Origin: an uncultured Candidatus Saccharibacteria bacterium
Lineage (GTDB): Bacteria > Patescibacteriota > Minisyncoccia > Phycocordibacterales > UBA5272
Reading direction: 5' to 3'
Assembly: GCA_964369115.1 (NCBI GenBank)
Contig: CAYJED010000006.1
Location: forward strand, 1-56,368
Length of the DNA stretch: 56,368 bases
Made by a program: the position numbers and the translations under genes. Position 1 is the stretch's first letter, and each line of letters begins with the position of its first letter. The notes beneath the pieces were generated by a model. That model saw only the letters and a program-made list of their open reading frames with translations, made no database searches and was not told where the DNA came from. Shown here piece after piece: positions 52,496-56,368 of the stretch.

Positions 52496-54237
52496 ATGTT
52501 CCCGTGATGCTTGAGAAGGTTTTTATAGTACTCGCTGCGCTTAAGTAGTTCACTGTGAGAACCCTGGTCAACCACTACCCCTTTATCTAAGATAGTAATC
52601 GTGTCAGCGTCTTTAATGGTAGAAAGCCTGTGTGCAATAATAATCGTTGTTTTGCCTTGTGATACTTCACGTATCGCTTCCATGACCTTTGCTTCATTTT
52701 CTGTATCTAGTGCAGAGGTTGCTTCGTCAAATATAAGAATATTTGGATCTTTAATAATTGCACGTGCAATCCCAACACGTTGACGTTCTCCTCCTGATAA
52801 TTTAACCCCACGTTCTCCAACAAGTGTTTTTAATTTAAGTTCGCCTAATCTATGGTAGAGCTGATCAATTCTTGCCTTTTTTGCAATTAACTCTACCAAA
52901 AGCCTTTTCGCTTCTCTCTGTGTTTCTTTAACACCAAATAGAATATTTTCTTCAATTGTGTCATCAAGAAGATCGACGTGCTGTTCTACGTATCCAATAG
53001 ACTCTCTTAAATGTTGAATAGTAAAATTACGTAGCTCTGTGCCTCCAATAGTAATAGATCCAGAGTTATAGTCATAAAAACGCAAAAGAAGTTTTGAGAT
53101 AGTCGATTTCCCGCTTCCGGATTCTCCGATGATTGCGATTATCTTTCCTTTCGGAATAGTGAAAGAGAGATTAGTGAAAAGAGGTGATTCTCCTTTCTGA
53201 TATTTAAATCCAACATTAGAAAATACGATGTCACCGTCTACTTTTTCTTTACTAGACCCTCCTTCTTTAAAAGATGGCTCTTTTTCAATAATCGTAAGAT
53301 ACTTTTCAACGTCAGCGTATTGCTGAGGAATCTCTCGCATAATCCCAGAAAGGGAGCTTATGTTCCAGTAAATTCTATTAACAAGACTAAAGACAGTATA
53401 AATAACACCAACAGCAAAGATATTTTGATAGTAAAGATAGACAGCAACACCAAGAGTGAATACAATGCACAGCTCAATAAAAGCATTTCTTTTTGAATTA
53501 TTTTTTACAGAACGTAAAACAGTAAAAAGGTGATGGTGTACCACCTCATTTCTTTTTTCCATAAATTTTTTAATAAAAAAATGTTCTCGGGCAAGTGTTT
53601 TTATGAGCGTCAAATGTTCAAAAGCTTCAACACGTTCTTTTTGCTGCATATTCCAATTATCACGATTTTTTCTGATATTTGGATAATGGTTCTTTTGAAA
53701 TAGATATGACCAGGTAAAAATAGTAATGAAAACAAAAACTAAAATAATCCCAAGAAATGGATGCAGAAAAGAAAGTGTTATCGAAGAAATGCTTACAAGA
53801 ACAAGTGTTGGTATTACAGAGGTTACTATTTTTTCAATAATTCCTTGAACTGCGCTCTCTCCTCTTGCTACTATGGACAATTTTAAAGCAGAATGTTCTT
53901 CAATGTGTTGTTCTTGTGTAAGATGAAGAATTTTCTTCATAGAAAATTCTTGAAGAAATTGAAAAAGTGTTTGATCAAGATGTTTAACGCGATTACTTTG
54001 ATCAAAATAATACATAAGTGTCTCAATAAGGTTTACAAAAAGAAAGGCAGCAAAAAGAAAAAATACTGTCTGCCATTCCATTTTTACAAGAGAGTTTAAA
54101 ATTGATCCGTTTAAAAATGCAGCAGCGATAACCAGGAGTTGTGCTATAAGAATAATAAAAAGCTGGAGATAAAATCTTACATGAAAAGGGGAGAGAATAT
54201 TCCAAAGCTTATAAATAAATGAAAGATGTTTTTTCAT
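52492..54237 (-). CDS. ABC exporter, fused permease/ATPase (MsbA-like)
   Basis: Six TM segments in the N-terminus. Walker A GESGSGKST, signature LSGGERQR, Walker B ILIFDEATSALD. Confidence 0.9.
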   Translation of the reverse strand: MKKHLSFIYKLWNILSPFHVRFYLQLFIILIAQLLVIAAAFLNGSILNSLVKMEWQTVFFLFAAFLFVNLIETLMYYFDQSNRVKHLDQTLFQFLQEFSMKKILHLTQEQHIEEHSALKLSIVARGESAVQGIIEKIVTSVIPTLVLVSISSITLSFLHPFLGIILVFVFITIFTWSYLFQKNHYPNIRKNRDNWNMQQKERVEAFEHLTLIKTLAREHFFIKKFMEKRNEVVHHHLFTVLRSVKNNSKRNAFIELCIVFTLGVAVYLYYQNIFAVGVIYTVFSLVNRIYWNISSLSGIMREIPQQYADVEKYLTIIEKEPSFKEGGSSKEKVDGDIVFSNVGFKYQKGESPLFTNLSFTIPKGKIIAIIGESGSGKSTISKLLLRFYDYNSGSITIGGTELRNFTIQHLRESIGYVEQHVDLLDDTIEENILFGVKETQREAKRLLVELIAKKARIDQLYHRLGELKLKTLVGERGVKLSGGERQRVGIARAIIKDPNILIFDEATSALDTENEAKVMEAIREVSQGKTTIIIAHRLSTIKDADTITILDKGVVVDQGSHSELLKRSEYYKNLLKHHGNI

Positions 54238-54315
54238 GAAGTCATCATAGCAAGTCTTTACTTTTTTTGTAAGTCTTGTTTTATGCGATTGCTTTGTGGT
54301 AGACTTATAGTAATA

Positions 54316-54341
54316 AAAAAGATGTCTGTCGACATCTTTTT
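54316..54341 (-). terminator. Intrinsic terminator after trxB
   Basis: Stem aaaaagatgtc/gacatcttttt. A U-run follows on the minus strand. Confidence 0.6.
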
Positions 54342-54362
54342 CTTCTTTTATGTGTGATCTTT

Positions 54363-55271
54363 TTACGCGTGAAGATGAAGGTAAATATCTTCAAGAGCTC
54401 GCACTGCGTCCCCGGCTGCAATATTATTTTGATGGTAAAGCACATCTGTACAGTCGCCTGCTGCCCAAACTCCCTTAACTGATGTTTCTTGTGTGCGAGG
54501 ATTAATCACAATATTTTTTGTAGGAGTAAGATCAACAAATTCCTCTACGAATGATGTTGCAGGAATTTGCCCTATTTCTACAAAGACAGCAGAAACTGGA
54601 AGTGCCGTCTCTTCGCCTGCCTCATTTGCATATGAGATTGATTGAACAAAAGGAGAGCCTTCTACTTTTGTTGGGGCAACGTTTTCGATAAGTCTAAACT
54701 TAGGATTTGCTTTTAATTTTTCTACAGTGATTGCGTCTGCGCGTGGAGCGCTTCTTGAAAGAAGGGTAACTGAGGTGCAGTATGCAAGAAGTTGTGCCGC
54801 AGATTCAAATCCAGCATTTCCACCGCCCACTACAACTACATCTGTTCCTCCAAAAAGGGGTCCATCACATGATGCGCAATAGGTAAGACCTTTGTGTTCA
54901 AGAGCGTCAGCTCCAAGGACTTCTAGACGTCTACGAGATGATCCTGTTGCTACAAGAACTGTTTTTCCTGTGTATGAATCTTTTGATGTCGTTACAGTAA
55001 AATTACCATCAGTGCCTGTAACATTTTTTACTTCACTTTCTACAATAGTGAGAATTTCTCCTTTGTATTCTTCAACGTGAGTACGAAGAGATTTTGCGAG
55101 ATCTGCACCGCTTATATGCGGTGTACCGATCCAGTTCTGAATATCCTCAGAAACAGTTGATTGACCTCCCCATTCTTTTACAATAAGCAATGTTTTGAGT
55201 TGCTTGCGTGCTGCGTATACTGCTGCCGCTGATCCTGCTGGCCCTCCACCGATGATAATCAAGTCGTACAT
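54363..55271 (-). CDS. trxB: Thioredoxin-disulfide reductase
   Basis: IIGGGPAGSAA, redox-active CASCDG, VVGGGNAGFE, and GVWAAGDC. Confidence 0.92.
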   Translation of the reverse strand: MYDLIIIGGGPAGSAAAVYAARKQLKTLLIVKEWGGQSTVSEDIQNWIGTPHISGADLAKSLRTHVEEYKGEILTIVESEVKNVTGTDGNFTVTTSKDSYTGKTVLVATGSSRRRLEVLGADALEHKGLTYCASCDGPLFGGTDVVVVGGGNAGFESAAQLLAYCTSVTLLSRSAPRADAITVEKLKANPKFRLIENVAPTKVEGSPFVQSISYANEAGEETALPVSAVFVEIGQIPATSFVEEFVDLTPTKNIVINPRTQETSVKGVWAAGDCTDVLYHQNNIAAGDAVRALEDIYLHLHA

Positions 55272-55334
55272 AGGGATAGTAATTAGTTATTGGTAATTAG
55301 TTAAGATACAGAAAAGTATACCTTATGTCATCCT

Positions 55335-55372
55335 AAACAAAAAACTGAGCTTTCTCTGCTCAGTTTTTTGTT
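55335..55372 (-). terminator. Intrinsic terminator after ftsZ
   Basis: Stem aacaaaaaactgagc/gctcagttttttgtt. Confidence 0.7.
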
Positions 55373-55381
55373 AAAGTAAAA

Positions 55382-56368
55382 TTATTTCTTTCGGCGAAGG
55401 AATGGCGGAAGAGCCTCCCACTCATCGTCATCTTCTTCATCTTCAAACTTAAATACTGGTTTTTTTGGTGCTGGAGTTGCAACTGTTTTTTTAACTTCCT
55501 CAACTACTTTTACTTCACCTTCTTCAATGTCATCAAGATTGTGATCAATGCGACGCTCTTCTTTTGCTTCAATAATTGAATCACGAACTGTCTCTGTTTT
55601 TTCTACCCTTGGCTCTGGACGAAGAGTTTCTTCTTTTTGTGATACAACCTCCTCCTCTTGTTGCTGAATTGGTTGATAGCCCTTACTTGTAAAACCTGTT
55701 GGGAATCCTGTTGCGATAACAGTTACCTTTATCTCATCTTTCTTAAGTGTTGCGTCGGTTGCAATACCAAAGATAATCTTCGCATCTTTGTCTACAGATT
55801 CAGTAATAATCTTTGCGGCTTCCTGAACTTCAAACATTCCAAGATCTTCTGCCCCATAAATTGCAAAGAGTACTCCTTTTGCTCCGTGAATGGATACATC
55901 AAGGAGAGGGGAATTAACAGCAGCAGTCGCCGCCTCACGAGCACGATTTTCCCCCATGCCACGACCAACCCCCATAAGTGCTGTTCCTGAATCTTTAAGG
56001 ATACGTTTAATGTCAGCGAAGTCGAGGTTAATTGTTCCTGCGGTACGAATAATATCTGAAATACCTTCAACAGCTTGCTTAAGTACCTCGTCACACATTT
56101 CAAAAGCCTGCTTAACGGTAGTATTTTTATCGATAACTGAAAGAAGGCGGTCGTTAGGAATAACAATAAGAGCGTCCACTTCTTTTTCAAGCTCTTCGAG
56201 ACCTTTTTCTGCAAGCTTCATGCGAGATGCCCCTTCAAAGAAGAAAGGTTTTGTGACAACGCCGATAGTAAGAATGCCTTCATTCTTTGCAATACTTGCA
56301 ACAATCGGAGCTGCTCCTGTTCCTGTTCCTCCTCCCATACCACCTGCAATAAAGACCATGTCAGCACC
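55382..56368 (-). CDS. ftsZ: Cell-division GTPase FtsZ (5' end outside the window)
   Basis: GADMVFIAGGMGGGTGTGAAP signature, an E/K-rich linker, and the C-terminal peptide LPPFLRRKK. The frame stays open to the window edge. Confidence 0.93.
   Translation of the reverse strand, partial: GADMVFIAGGMGGGTGTGAAPIVASIAKNEGILTIGVVTKPFFFEGASRMKLAEKGLEELEKEVDALIVIPNDRLLSVIDKNTTVKQAFEMCDEVLKQAVEGISDIIRTAGTINLDFADIKRILKDSGTALMGVGRGMGENRAREAATAAVNSPLLDVSIHGAKGVLFAIYGAEDLGMFEVQEAAKIITESVDKDAKIIFGIATDATLKKDEIKVTVIATGFPTGFTSKGYQPIQQQEEEVVSQKEETLRPEPRVEKTETVRDSIIEAKEERRIDHNLDDIEEGEVKVVEEVKKTVATPAPKKPVFKFEDEEDDDEWEALPPFLRRKK

Noticed and set aside
1-56368. CRISPR arrays, rRNA genes, restriction-modification, toxin-antitoxin or other known defence modules. 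Also an alternative genetic code (UGA recoding).
   Set aside because: No regularly spaced repeats and no cas, RM or TA signatures were seen. Long ORFs are intact under the standard code and several end in TGA (for example 1101-1103 and 5804-5806). There is therefore no sign of the code 25/4 usage found in some candidate phyla.

Overview
AT-rich, tightly packed bacterial chromosome segment. Gene content looks like a reduced-genome monoderm, possibly Patescibacteria/CPR, but that lineage call is inference only. In order, the window holds: (1) small orphan genes, tRNA-Ile plus a decayed tRNA fragment, and a secreted repeat protein. (2) Housekeeping genes murB and rsmI. (3) A soluble VirD4/TraD-like P-loop ATPase next to a secreted LTD-PKD-LTD protein. 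(4) A surface-glycan locus of about 24 kb (10.2-34.4 kb). It has a complete GDP-D-glycero-alpha-D-manno-heptose pathway (gmhA/hddA/gmhB/hddC), six glycosyltransferases, seven methyltransferase-like genes, an MBOAT/SGNH O-acylation pair, a Wzx flippase and a Wzy_C O-antigen-ligase-like protein. A clearly GC-richer insert carries a GDP-mannose-3,5-epimerase-like gene and a NUDIX gene. (5) tsaD and rlmH. (6) Divergent tRNA-Val and tRNA-Glu genes, both with 3'-end duplications. tRNA-Glu carries a roughly 3.5 kb integrated island (tyrosine integrase, AraC/GyrI regulator, VOC/glyoxalase, DUF1801) that separates the tRNA from its apparent original terminator. (7) A comG-like type IV pilus operon (REC, PilB, PilC, four prepilins including a 769-aa giant pilin-like protein, a PilX-like protein, and a sensor-less histidine kinase). 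(8) An HTH(XRE)-MurA fusion, an NRAMP transporter, a TfoX_N protein, an ABC exporter, trxB and a partial ftsZ. I found no CRISPR array, rRNA or recognisable defence system. Three ORF-free, GC-rich or structured intergenic stretches (34.37-34.62 kb, 36.45-36.61 kb, 40.40-40.74 kb) are candidate ncRNAs that I could not assign to a family. All family calls come from motifs I recognised by eye and need HMM/BLAST confirmation.
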